Of a stretch of 64,000 nt of DNA, positions 9,401 through 17,516 are shown one piece after another. How positions within the stretch are numbered: position 1 is the first letter of the stretch; every line of letters begins with the position of its first letter. Source of the stretch: Bryobacterales bacterium (GTDB lineage: Bacteria; Acidobacteriota; Terriglobia; Bryobacterales; UBA6623); contig JAPPLB010000016.1 of the NCBI GenBank assembly GCA_028819575.1, positions 1,770-65,769 on the forward strand, in the 5' to 3' direction. Made by a program: the position numbers and the translations under genes. The notes under the pieces were generated by a model. It searched no databases and was not told the origin of the DNA. It saw only the letters and a program-made list of their open reading frames with translations.

Positions 9401-10985
9401 TGTCCGCTATGGGGAGGACAACGCCGTTCAGGGCGGGAGCGTCGTCTCAGACTATTCCGCCACCGGACCCACGGGCAACGAGCGGATCGTCGTCACCCCG
9501 CAATCCGCCCCGCCGCTTCGAGCCGGCACCTATTACGTCTCGCTGATGCTCCGCACGACCCGCGCCGTCGCCGAGGTCACGCTTACGGCCCAGTTCGACG
9601 TTGCCCTGCCGGCGGGAGGCCGGATCTATTACTTCCCGCATCTTGCGGTGGGAGCGGGTTGGCAAACCACGCTCACCTATATCAACTACTCCGCTGAGGA
9701 GGTGAGCTGCCGGACCGATTTCCTTTCCGATCAGGGGATCCCGCTGATGGTCTCGTTTCCGTCACTGGGACCGGATGTCCGCCGGAGCGACGTGCTGCCG
9801 CCCGGGGGGTCGGTTCACGAGGAGACCGACGTGGGTTTGAGTGCTCCGCCGGCGGCCGGCTGGGCGCGGGCTGCGTGCTCGGGGCCGGTGAAGGCCAGCC
9901 TGCTGTTTCGTCAGTACGACAGTGAAGGCGTGCCCACGGGAGAAGCGGGGGTCAATGCGGCGGCGGTTGCGGCCAACCGCTTCGTCACTTTTGCTGAACA
10001 GGCGCCAGGCCAGGCGGGGACCGGAGTCGCCTACGCCAACCCTTCCGATACGGCGGCCGTGGTCACCTTTACGGCCAAGAACGAGGCAGGGCGGACGCTG
10101 GACAGCTTCGAACAGACCTTGATGCCCGGAGAGCATGGCGCGCAAAACATGGCGCGCCTGTTCGATCTCAGCAGCTTCACGGGATCGCTGGAAATCACCT
10201 CCACCAAACCCATCGTCAGTCTGTCGATCAATGCCGAAGCCGCTCCCGTGTTCTCCTCGTTGCCTCCGGGTGAAGTGGATCCTTCTGCTCAGGCGTCGAC
10301 GACGTATTACTTCCCCCATCTTGCGGTGGGTGCGAGTTGGCAGACCACGCTCACCTATATCAACTACTCCCCGCAGCAGGTGAGCTGCCGGACCGACTTC
10401 TTTTCCGGTCAGGGGACTCCGTTGAGGGTCTCGTTTCCGTCACTCGGACCGGATGCCAGCCGCAGCGACGTGCTGCCGCCCGGCGGGTCGGTTCACGAGG
10501 AGACCGACGTGGGGTTGAGCGCTCCGCTCGTATCCGGCTGGGCGCGGGCCGACTGCACGGGGCCGGTGAAGGCCAGCCTGCTGTTTCGGCAGTACGACAG
10601 CGCAGGCGTGCCCACGGGAGAAGCGGGGGTCAATGCGGCGGCCGAACCGGCCCTCCGCTTCGTCACCTTTGCCGAACAGGCTCCAGGTCAGGCGGGGACC
10701 GGCGTGGCCTATGCCAACCCATCTGACCCGTCGACGGTGGTCGTCACCTTTATGGTCAAGGACGCGGCGGGACGAACACTGGACAGCTTCGATCAGACGC
10801 TGATGCCAAGAGGGCATGGCGCGCAAAACATGGCGGGCCTGTTCGATCTCAGCAGTTTCAGCGGATCGCTCGAAATCACCTCCAAGGAGCCCATCGTCAG
10901 TCTGTCGATCAATGCCGAAGCCGCTCCCGTTTTCTCCTCCTTGCCGCCGGGGGAAATCGTCGATCCCGCCGATATTCCAGACTAG
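6471..10985 (+). CDS. Secreted 1504-aa multidomain trypsin-fold (lysyl-endopeptidase-like) serine protease
   Basis: Signal peptide ...LLTCVLLSESAQA. Catalytic motifs are LTAAHC (His730), GDITLLQL (Asp783) and EPGSSGSAVF (Ser865). Four PPC-like repeats and two C-terminal modules of unknown type complete the protein. Confidence 0.85.
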   Translation: MNHSPGRMSCMASMALHGSGILFLLTCVLLSESAQAQRIGPLVRDNQQRSKALSAEREEALRPPSLQLSLPSPAEVALPPLGPDDLQRLQPQRGRPPVIGVHRRLPQGALKLSLSAGGVKSTAEGAWQSTGDGRLWRLKLTSPSARAMRVHFRDFAIGSGRLWLHSEDGQAVGPYAGSGRYGDGDFWSGVVFGDSLTIEYLPDPAAGEAVPFQIVAISHIWGDVLKDGAEDGGQWPKAAREGSDRPGGSKLVPGPIGLAVGTPSRKARLTKSTMAAIQSVKRSASLQQPRPKAARPLTSGRPVTFSRGPVDSPTLFHGDFSYQLEVPDDATRVTFTLESDADVALLVRYGEDNDIQDGMPVYDYAADEVFEGTEEIEIDPQSDPPLQAGTYFVSVGVLATGVEVNCTLTAEVEREGGTPPPPSGRALTPGQPVSFQRGPVDNSTLFVGPNSFLLEVPEDATSVTFTLESDADVELLVRFGEDNDVEDGRLATDHRHRNRTGNERIVITSQSDPPLRAGTYFVSIAVYATGVVVNCTLTAEVEREAPPPISGGTLTPGQPADFRLGPVDSPTLFTGGHSFRFEAPENATRITFTLESVDPDVDVDLYVRFGEDNTVQDGKPVSDHFSRGFTGNERIGITRRSDPPLQAGTYFLSILVFDEGVVAEGTLTATVETDAEDCHLDATCYPEWSSSSTGVALIVIESNGSSSACSGTLLNNRRQDSTPYFLTAAHCVQTDQEARSVIAFWSYQTRTCNGDHPDLRSVPRTEGAGLLSVLGGAGYPEGDITLLQLEGDLPDGTVFQGWDAAPQPVDSQVTGIHHPASADWGRFKRISFGQIISESAYGTSDDTYFNVSYPVGQGYTEPGSSGSAVFSNSETVVGALSGGDIVGYACPTEPVVDYFTHFSALYPHIRPFIDSTLPEISGGALAPRQPATFRLGPVDSPMLFSGDSSFQVEVPEGASRVTFTLESVDPDVNVDLYVRYGEDNAVQGGSVVSDYSATGPTGNERIVVTPQSAPPLRAGTYYVSLMLRTTRAVAEVTLTAQFDVALPAGGRIYYFPHLAVGAGWQTTLTYINYSAEEVSCRTDFLSDQGIPLMVSFPSLGPDVRRSDVLPPGGSVHEETDVGLSAPPAAGWARAACSGPVKASLLFRQYDSEGVPTGEAGVNAAAVAANRFVTFAEQAPGQAGTGVAYANPSDTAAVVTFTAKNEAGRTLDSFEQTLMPGEHGAQNMARLFDLSSFTGSLEITSTKPIVSLSINAEAAPVFSSLPPGEVDPSAQASTTYYFPHLAVGASWQTTLTYINYSPQQVSCRTDFFSGQGTPLRVSFPSLGPDASRSDVLPPGGSVHEETDVGLSAPLVSGWARADCTGPVKASLLFRQYDSAGVPTGEAGVNAAAEPALRFVTFAEQAPGQAGTGVAYANPSDPSTVVVTFMVKDAAGRTLDSFDQTLMPRGHGAQNMAGLFDLSSFSGSLEITSKEPIVSLSINAEAAPVFSSLPPGEIVDPADIPD
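7356..8486 (+). repeat. Three tandem pre-peptidase-C-terminal-like (PPC-like) domain repeats inside the protease gene (7356-7709, 7743-8099, 8127-8486)
   Basis: Recurrent blocks are TPGQP..F..GPVDS.TLF...SF..E.PE.AT.VTFTLES.....L.VRFGEDN...GNERI.I...SDPPL.AGTYF.S. They are also visible as DNA-level similarity. Confidence 0.8.
9234..9593 (+). repeat. Fourth PPC-like repeat, downstream of the protease domain
   Basis: ALAPRQPATFRLGPVDSPMLFSGDSSFQVEVPEGASRVTFTLESVDPDVNVDLYVRYGEDN...GNERIVVTPQSAPPLRAGTYYVS. Confidence 0.8.
9624..10955 (+). repeat. Two near-identical tandem modules of about 217 aa and unknown type (9624-10274, 10302-10955)
   Basis: Both begin YYFPHLAVGA(G/S)WQTTLTYINYS and end PIVSLSINAEAAPVFSSLPPGE. 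Long identical DNA runs occur, for example CGCAGCGACGTGCTGCCGCCCGG.GGGTCGGTTCACGAGGAGACCGACGTGGG. Confidence 0.9.
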
Positions 10986-11316
10986 ATGCGCCCTGCGGCA
11001 AACGAAGCTGCGTTCAACGATCTCTTCGTTGCCAAACGTGTGCGGTCAGACAGCCCCAACATTGATTTCATCAGTCGGGGACGATTCAAGGAAACGAAGG
11101 AGCAGAGGCCGACCAGGGAAACTATATCCATCGCAACACGGGTCCGAATACCGGAACTCTCACTTTGAACCAAGACGAAGGCGCTCGTTGCACGTTTCGA
11201 TTGACGTTCACAACGGCGACTTCGGGCAGGCTAGATGGAGAAAGGCCGTGATTCGTATCCCGATCGTGCCGCCGGTTTTGATGTGAGGGGAAAGTCCCCG
11301 CAGTGCTGCCGCCCGC

Positions 11317-12216
11317 CTACAGGTCTTCGTCGGTCAGGGTGTAGTAGGCCTCCAGGTATTTCTCGGAGGTCTTTTCAATGATGTCGGGGGGGAGTTCGGG
11401 ACCGGGAGGCGTTTTGTCCCAGTCGACTGTTTCGAGATAGTCGCGGACGAACTGCTTGTCGTAGGAAGGCTGCGGCTTGCCGGCCTGGTAGAACTCCAGC
11501 GGCCAGTAGCGGGAGGAATCGGGCGTAAGCACTTCGTCGCCGAGAACGACCTCGCCGTCGAGCCCGCCGAATTCGAACTTCGTATCGGCAAGGACCAACC
11601 CGCAGGCGAGGGCGTGTTGGCTGGCACGGGAGTAGATGTCGAGGGTCAGGTCGCGGAGTTGCGCGCAGAGCTCCTCGCCGACGATCCCGGCGGCGCGCTC
11701 GAACGTGATGTTCTCGTCGTGACCGGTTTCGGCCTTGGTGGCGGGAGTGAAGATGGGTTCGGGAAGCAGTCCGTTCATGCGCAGGCCGGCGGACAGTTTG
11801 ACGCCGCACACCTCGCCGGTTTGCTGGTACTCTTTCCAGCCCGAGCCGGAGATATAGCCGCGCGCGACGCATTCGATAGGCACCATGTCGAGCTTTTTGA
11901 CGAGCATCGAGCGCCCGTCGAGTTGATCTTTATAGGTGCGCAGGTTCTCGGGGTATTCGTCGACGTCAGCCGTGACGAAGTGGGTGGGCACGACATCCTT
12001 GAGGAAGTCGAACCAGAACATCGAGAGCTTCGTCAGCACCTCGCCTTTGTGCGGGATGCCGTTCGGCAGCACGACGTCGAAGGCCGAGATGCGGTCGGTC
12101 GCGATGAAGAGAAGGTGTTCGCCGGCGTCATAAATATCGCGCACTTTGCCGCGCGCAATCGGCTGCACGCCTTCGAGGTTGGTTTCAAGAAGCGGGGTCG
12201 AGGAGGTAACGGGCAT
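11317..12216 (-). CDS. purC: Phosphoribosylaminoimidazole-succinocarboxamide (SAICAR) synthase
   Basis: RGKVRDIYD, ATDRISAFD and the overall length and layout match the long-form PurC. Confidence 0.9.
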   Translation of the reverse strand: MPVTSSTPLLETNLEGVQPIARGKVRDIYDAGEHLLFIATDRISAFDVVLPNGIPHKGEVLTKLSMFWFDFLKDVVPTHFVTADVDEYPENLRTYKDQLDGRSMLVKKLDMVPIECVARGYISGSGWKEYQQTGEVCGVKLSAGLRMNGLLPEPIFTPATKAETGHDENITFERAAGIVGEELCAQLRDLTLDIYSRASQHALACGLVLADTKFEFGGLDGEVVLGDEVLTPDSSRYWPLEFYQAGKPQPSYDKQFVRDYLETVDWDKTPPGPELPPDIIEKTSEKYLEAYYTLTDEDL

Positions 12217-12735
12217 TCTTTCTCAGGGGGAACAGAGGGAAACAGCTTGCAGGCTTGCTGCAACAGAGTCCGATGATGGTAACACGGAGTGGGACGAACG
12301 CGCCTCCAGGCGGCGCGTGTGCTGTCGGAATCCATGCCGCGGCGTGTGGGGATGAGTGGCGGCGGTTTTGTGTTCCAGAACATACCCGCAGTCGTTTGTA
12401 TTGGTTCGAAGTGACGTGCCAGGCGAGTCGAACCCCAGTAAGGTCCCGCCGGCGCCGCTCTCGCTTTTCCCGGCAACAGGGTCCGGATGTGCCGAGACAA
12501 CCCGGAGCTGCGAGGCAGTACCAGGAGTCTGAGTCAGCGGCGGAGCAACGGTCGCGAACCGCCGTCCGAATGCCCACTTGGCGCACATTCTCGATGCGTT
12601 TCGGAGACGCCGAAGTTTAGCCACAGGCCGTCTGGACAGGTGTTCGGGATTTGATATAGTAGTACGGTCTGTAGAAAGCCTAGTGGCTGAAAACCCCTGT
12701 TTTGCGGGCCAGGTTTCAGCGAAGGAAGGTGTCTG

Positions 12736-13377
12736 GTGAGTTCGAATAAGACCATGGTGGGTCCCAAGGAAACTCAGCAGCCCAACGGTTTTTCACGACG
12801 CTCTTTTATCCAGGGCGTGAGCGTGGGAAGCGGGGCGGCTGGGGCGCTCCTTGCGACGCCGGAAGCCAAAGCGGCCGGTGGTGATGTCGTCGGTCCGGGC
12901 GCGGTGTCGATGACTCTCAGGATCAACGGAAGGAATCACTCTCTGGAGGCGGAGCCGCGGGTCACGCTGCTCGATGCTCTGCGCGACCGTCTCGACATGA
13001 CCGGCGCGAAGAAAGTTTGCGACCGGGCGACCTGCGGCGCATGCACCGTGATGGTGGACGGGCAGGCCGTCTACGCTTGCACGATGCTCGCGATCGAAGC
13101 GGAAGGCCGCGAAATCCGGACCATCGAAAGCCTGTCGGCCAACGATCCGGTGCCCCGGAACTTCGTCAAGCACGATGCCCAGCAGTGCGGGTTCTGCACG
13201 CCCGGCTTCGTGATGGCATGCCAGTCGTTTCTCGAGAATAATCCCAACCCCTCGCAAGCGGATGTGGAAGCTGGTTTGAGCGGCAACATCTGCCGCTGCG
13301 GCACCTACGTTGGAGTGCGCTTGGCCGCTCTCGACGCTGCGAAGGAAGTGAAAGGAGGGCGTCGTCGTGGCTACTAA
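12736..13377 (+). CDS. Tat-signal (2Fe-2S)-binding small subunit of a xanthine dehydrogenase/aldehyde oxidase-family enzyme (PaoA-like)
   Basis: SRRSFIQGVSVGSGAAGALLATPEAKA is a twin-arginine signal. CGACTV and CGFCTPG...CRCGTY are the two FeS cluster motifs. The start codon is GTG. Confidence 0.85.
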   Translation: MSSNKTMVGPKETQQPNGFSRRSFIQGVSVGSGAAGALLATPEAKAAGGDVVGPGAVSMTLRINGRNHSLEAEPRVTLLDALRDRLDMTGAKKVCDRATCGACTVMVDGQAVYACTMLAIEAEGREIRTIESLSANDPVPRNFVKHDAQQCGFCTPGFVMACQSFLENNPNPSQADVEAGLSGNICRCGTYVGVRLAALDAAKEVKGGRRRGY

Positions 13378-15526
13378 ATATGATTGGCCCAGCGCCGCGG
13401 ACCGTAGCGTCATTGGCAGAAGTGTTAGCCGGCTGGACGGCGCCGAAAAAGCGACGGGACGCGCCAAGTACGCCTATGACCGCAATCCGGAAGGGTTGCT
13501 CGTGGGCCGGCTCGTAACGTCTCCTCACGCCAACGCCCGCATCACGAGGATCGATGCGAGCGGCGCGGAGCGCCTGAAAGGCGTCCGCGGAGTGGTCTTG
13601 ATCAAGGACATCGGTGACGAAGTGCAGTGGACCGGTGCGGAGATCGCGGCGGTCGCGGCCGACAGCGAAGAGATTGCGCGCGACGCCGTAAGGAAGTTCA
13701 AGGTCGAGTATGAAGTGCTGTCGCACCTCGTCAAGGAAGAGGACGTCGAGAAGGCCGGCAACCGCGTCGTCCCCGGTCAGGAGAATACCGAAGGCGACCC
13801 GGCCAAGGCGCTTCAGGAAGCCGACGTTACGCACGAGGGCTACTACGGCGCGGCGACGATTACGCACTGCTGCATGGAGCCCCATGGCAACACGGTTCAC
13901 TGGAAGGGCGAAAAGGACATCACCGTCTGGGCCTCGACGCAGGCCGTGGGCCGTATCGGGGCGGACTTGGCGAAGAACCTGGCGGCGGACTCTTCGTTGC
14001 CCAAGGTCAGCCCGAGCGACATCCGAGTGATCACTCCGGTGATGGGCGGCGGCTTCGGATCGAAGTTCAATATCGATTCGTGGGGGGTCGCCGCGGCGAA
14101 GCTGTCGCGGATGACAGGCCGGCCGGTGAAGATCATGCTCGACCGCGACGAAGAGCTGCAAATGGCGGGAGCGCGGCCTTCCTATTTCGGCAATGTCAAG
14201 GTGGGCGCCAAGAAGGACGGCACGCTGACCGTTTTCGAAGTCGAAAGCTGGGCGACGAGCGGTGTCGGCCGGGGCGGCAACCCCGCTCTGCCGTACGTCA
14301 TCGAGCCGCCGAACCAGCGGGTTCGCCACGTGAACGTTGCGACGAACACCGGTCCGGCCCGCGCCTGGCGGGCGCCGCGGCATCCGCAATGCGCGGTGAT
14401 CACGCACTGCGCGTTGACCGACCTGGCTCACAAGTTGGACATGGACCCGGTCGACTTCTTCAAGAAGAACGCCGATCTGACGGCGCGTCCGGATGTCTAT
14501 CGCACCGAGATCGATAAAGCCGCCGAGCTGATCGACTGGAAGGAAAAGTACCACAAACCGGGCGAAGGCTCCGGGCATGTCCGCAGTGGTTTGGGGCTGT
14601 CGATCCATACGTGGGGCGGGCGTCCGCACGACAGCCAGTGCCGGGTGGTCATCGAACCGGACGGCGCGGCTTCCGCGGAAATCGGCAGTCAGGATATCGG
14701 TACGGGAACCCTGACCGTGATCGCGATGGTGTTGGCCGAGACGCTCGGTCTGCCGGTTTCGCGCGTCAACGTGAAGATGGGCGACAGCAGCTTGCCGCCC
14801 TCCGGCGCGTCCGGAGGCAGCACGACCGTGGGCGGCGTTTCCTCGTCCACGCGGCGGGCAGCGGTGAACGCTCTGGAAAAACTGAAGGAAAAGGTCGCCG
14901 GCGACTTGGGCGCCTCATCCGCGGATGAGATCGAGGCCAAGGACGGCTACCTCCGATTGAAGGAGAATCCGAAGAAGCGGATCGCATGGACGGCCGCCTG
15001 CCGAAAGCTCAGTACGGAGACGATCTCCGAGATGGGCAATCAGCCGGACCGCGACGGCGGCAAGCTCGCGGATTCCGGCGTCGGCGGCGTTCAGATGGCG
15101 GATGTCTCGGTCGACATGGAGACCGGCATCGTCACGATGAACAAGATGGTCGCCGTGCAGGACTGCGGCTTGATCATCGATTTGAAGCTGGCGGAGAGCC
15201 AGGTGTACGGTTCGCTGATCATGGGAATTTGCTCGGCTCTTTGGGAAGAGCGGGTGTATGACCAGATGAGCGGCATCTACCTGAATGCCGACATGGAGTT
15301 CTACAAGTTGGCGGGCATCGGCGACATCGGCGAACTGGTCGTCCACATGATGACGGGAGTCTACGACGACCGCGGCGTCATCGGGCTGGGCGAGCCGCCG
15401 GCGATCTCACCCATGGCGGCGATTTCGAACGCCGTGTTCAATGCCATCGGCGCGCGTGTGCCGACGGTGCCGGTCACGCCGGACAAGGTTCTGGCGGCCC
15501 TTGAGAAGAAAGGGGGAATGGCGTAA
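13367..15526 (+). CDS. Molybdopterin-binding large subunit of a xanthine dehydrogenase-family oxidoreductase
   Basis: 719 aa with the a/b-hammerhead and Moco-binding layout (GGGFGSK, TQDIGTG-like SQDIGTGT, GLGEPP). It overlaps the small subunit by 11 nt. Confidence 0.85.
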   Translation: MATKYDWPSAADRSVIGRSVSRLDGAEKATGRAKYAYDRNPEGLLVGRLVTSPHANARITRIDASGAERLKGVRGVVLIKDIGDEVQWTGAEIAAVAADSEEIARDAVRKFKVEYEVLSHLVKEEDVEKAGNRVVPGQENTEGDPAKALQEADVTHEGYYGAATITHCCMEPHGNTVHWKGEKDITVWASTQAVGRIGADLAKNLAADSSLPKVSPSDIRVITPVMGGGFGSKFNIDSWGVAAAKLSRMTGRPVKIMLDRDEELQMAGARPSYFGNVKVGAKKDGTLTVFEVESWATSGVGRGGNPALPYVIEPPNQRVRHVNVATNTGPARAWRAPRHPQCAVITHCALTDLAHKLDMDPVDFFKKNADLTARPDVYRTEIDKAAELIDWKEKYHKPGEGSGHVRSGLGLSIHTWGGRPHDSQCRVVIEPDGAASAEIGSQDIGTGTLTVIAMVLAETLGLPVSRVNVKMGDSSLPPSGASGGSTTVGGVSSSTRRAAVNALEKLKEKVAGDLGASSADEIEAKDGYLRLKENPKKRIAWTAACRKLSTETISEMGNQPDRDGGKLADSGVGGVQMADVSVDMETGIVTMNKMVAVQDCGLIIDLKLAESQVYGSLIMGICSALWEERVYDQMSGIYLNADMEFYKLAGIGDIGELVVHMMTGVYDDRGVIGLGEPPAISPMAAISNAVFNAIGARVPTVPVTPDKVLAALEKKGGMA

Positions 15527-16479
15527 TGGAAGCCTTCGAATATGCAGCTCCCAACTCCGTCAAAGAGGCGGTCGGTCTGCTTTCCTCGAATTGGGGGGAG
15601 GCGGATGTCCTTGCGGGCGGCACCGACTTGCTCAGTCTGTTGAAAGAGGGTGTCCACACGCCGAAGCGCGTCGTAAGCCTCAAGAACGTCTCCGGGTTGA
15701 AGGGTGTGAGCGCCTCGCGGATCGGCGCGACCGCTACCATCGCCGAATTGCTGGGTAACAGCAGTGTGCCCGCGGCGGTTCGTCAAGCTGCGGAGGGTAT
15801 TACGAGTCCGCAGATGCGAGCGATGGGCACCGTCGGCGGCGAACTGCTGCAGCGGCCGCGCTGCTGGTATTTCCGCAACGGTTACGGCTTGCTGGGCAAA
15901 GACGCCAAGGGCAAGTCCCTGGCGCCGAACGGCGAGAACCAGTACCATGCCATCCTCGGCAACAAGGGACCGGCGTACTTCGTCAGCGCGTCGAGCCTGG
16001 CCCCGGCGCTGATCGCCCTCGAAGCGACGGTCACCGTGACGGGCCCGGACGGCGAAGACGAAATGCCGCTGGAGAAGCTGTTCCAGACGCCGTCGAGCGA
16101 CAGCCAGAGGGAAAACACCTTGCAGCCGAATCAGGTGTTGACCGGCATCAATCTTCCCGGCGGTGGAGCGAGGAGCGCGACCTATGAAGTGCGTCAGCGG
16201 CAGTTGATGGACTGGCCGTTGGCGTCCGCTTCGGTTGCTCTGAAGATGAGCGGCGATACGGTCGAAAGCGCCCGCGTCGTATTGGGTCACGTGGCCCCTA
16301 CTCCCTGGCGGTCGTCCGATGCCGAGCGCGCCCTGGCGGGCAAGGCGGTTTCGGAAGACACGGCGATGGCGGCGGCCAAAGCGGCGCTCTCCGCGGCAAC
16401 GCCTCTGAGTCGCAACAAGCACAAGGTGCAGTTGGCGCGAGTCGCCGTCAAGCGCGCGATTCTGCAAGCCGCTGGTTAA
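15526..16479 (+). CDS. FAD-binding subunit M of a xanthine dehydrogenase-family oxidoreductase (CoxM/PaoB-like)
   Basis: MEAFEYAAP....A..LL......VLAGGTDLL is the characteristic N-terminus. The start overlaps the upstream stop (TAATG). Confidence 0.85.
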   Translation: MEAFEYAAPNSVKEAVGLLSSNWGEADVLAGGTDLLSLLKEGVHTPKRVVSLKNVSGLKGVSASRIGATATIAELLGNSSVPAAVRQAAEGITSPQMRAMGTVGGELLQRPRCWYFRNGYGLLGKDAKGKSLAPNGENQYHAILGNKGPAYFVSASSLAPALIALEATVTVTGPDGEDEMPLEKLFQTPSSDSQRENTLQPNQVLTGINLPGGGARSATYEVRQRQLMDWPLASASVALKMSGDTVESARVVLGHVAPTPWRSSDAERALAGKAVSEDTAMAAAKAALSAATPLSRNKHKVQLARVAVKRAILQAAG

Positions 16480-16523
16480 CGAAGAGGTATAGGGGCGTGG
16501 TTTGAGCTGCGCCCCTTCCACTC

Positions 16524-16739
16524 ATGCAAGTAGCACCGCCATTCAAGGTGATGGGCGCCCGTTGCGATTCTCTGCGGTGGAAGGGAATGTTCATCGCCAC
16601 CGAGGAAGAGAAGAATCCCGAGGATGCGGACGGCAGCAACTTCTGGTGTGTCTACACCCAGAATTGCGTCGGTCCGGACGGCGGCGCCGTGAGCCTGCAG
16701 ACCTGTACGGCGTCACGATCCTGCTACGACCCTTTGTAA
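16524..16739 (+). CDS. Small Cys-containing hypothetical protein
   Basis: 71-aa ORF with RCDSLRWKGMF...FWCVYTQNCVGPDG...CTASRSCY. Coding status is inferred from its position in the operon and non-repetitive composition only. Confidence 0.45.
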   Translation: MQVAPPFKVMGARCDSLRWKGMFIATEEEKNPEDADGSNFWCVYTQNCVGPDGGAVSLQTCTASRSCYDPL

Positions 16740-16829
16740 ATGTTTACCGCAATCCCGCGGCGCCTATAGTAAACTGATGATCGAATCTTGAATCAGCTAG
16801 TACGGACGAGGTTCATAAGGAGGACCACC

Positions 16830-17516
16830 ATGAAAGGCTTTCGTTTTGCGAGCTTGATTGTTCTGTCGTTGATCGTAGCGGCAACGGCCGGCGCGGCCGA
16901 CATTCGGGGCACCTATGTGGAAGCCCGGAACGCGGAAGTATACACGTCGCACTGCTTCGCCAACTCCGAGTTGGGACTCGTCGGCGAGTTGGCGGTGATG
17001 ACTTGGCGGATCGACGAAGGAAGCTGGCACAACGTCGCTCTCGACGGGCTTGGCGTGGCGGCCGTCGTCAAGGCGAGCGGGACGCTGGGTGACCCCTTCA
17101 ACAACCCGTATCCGGCCAAGGCCGTGTTGATTTTCGACGAGCAGGCCTCCGACGCGCAGCGCTCGGCTCTGGAGAGCTTCGCCAGGGCGATGGGCGGTGA
17201 TCTGGTCGAGACGGTGACAAACCGCACGGAGGCGCCGATCTCGATGAGCTTCGAAGGCGGCATGCATTCCAAGCGGGCCACCGTGGAAGTCGGCGACCTG
17301 ATCAAGGTCCGGACGCGCCCGATCCGCGAGAGCGACTCGCTCTGCCACCTCGACGACCTCTATTTCACGCCGCTCGTCAGCCTCGACCATGCGATGCCCG
17401 CCTTCGGCATTCAGACGCGCTTCGACGGCGAAGGGCTCGGTGTTCGCTTTGACGAGCGGAACCGCAGCAACGCCTACATCGGCACGTTCGAGATGAGCGA
17501 GACTGTCAGCGACTAA
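16830..17516 (+). CDS. Secreted hypothetical protein
   Basis: A strong RBS (AAGGAGG) lies 8 nt upstream of the ATG. The signal peptide is MKGFRFASLIVLSLIVAATAGAA. No recognisable catalytic motif was seen; any DUF1326 resemblance is only a vague impression. Confidence 0.7.
   Translation: MKGFRFASLIVLSLIVAATAGAADIRGTYVEARNAEVYTSHCFANSELGLVGELAVMTWRIDEGSWHNVALDGLGVAAVVKASGTLGDPFNNPYPAKAVLIFDEQASDAQRSALESFARAMGGDLVETVTNRTEAPISMSFEGGMHSKRATVEVGDLIKVRTRPIRESDSLCHLDDLYFTPLVSLDHAMPAFGIQTRFDGEGLGVRFDERNRSNAYIGTFEMSETVSD

Noticed and set aside
11285-11299. RNase P RNA-like GAGGGGAAAGTCCCC (resembles the GAGGAAAGUCCGGGC core)
   Set aside because: It is an isolated 5-bp hairpin immediately next to the purC stop codon. 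There is no room for a 350-nt RNA, and the other conserved RNase P regions are absent.
12299-12317. ZTP (pfl) riboswitch upstream of purC, suggested by CCGCCTGGAGGCG on the minus strand
   Set aside because: Only a loose resemblance to the CCGCCUGGGC pseudoknot segment exists. The upstream GGGUCGUGACUGGCG-type sub-domain is not found at the expected distance. The sequence is more simply a CGCGCC/GGCGCG hairpin.
12403-12434. tRNA-like T-arm (GGTTCGAA ... TCGAACC)
   Set aside because: The loop is 18 nt, not 7. No acceptor, D or anticodon arms can be built around it.
12640-12735. Moco riboswitch ahead of the molybdoenzyme operon
   Set aside because: I could not find the conserved Moco-motif core by eye. 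Only a generic hairpin and a GAAGGAAGG purine run near the start codon (probably the RBS) are present. A covariance-model scan is needed before any claim.
16491-16517. Intrinsic terminator after the FAD-subunit gene (AGGGGCG-n12-CGCCCCT)
   Set aside because: The stem is present but no T-tract follows. It is noted in the findings as something to test, not called as a feature.
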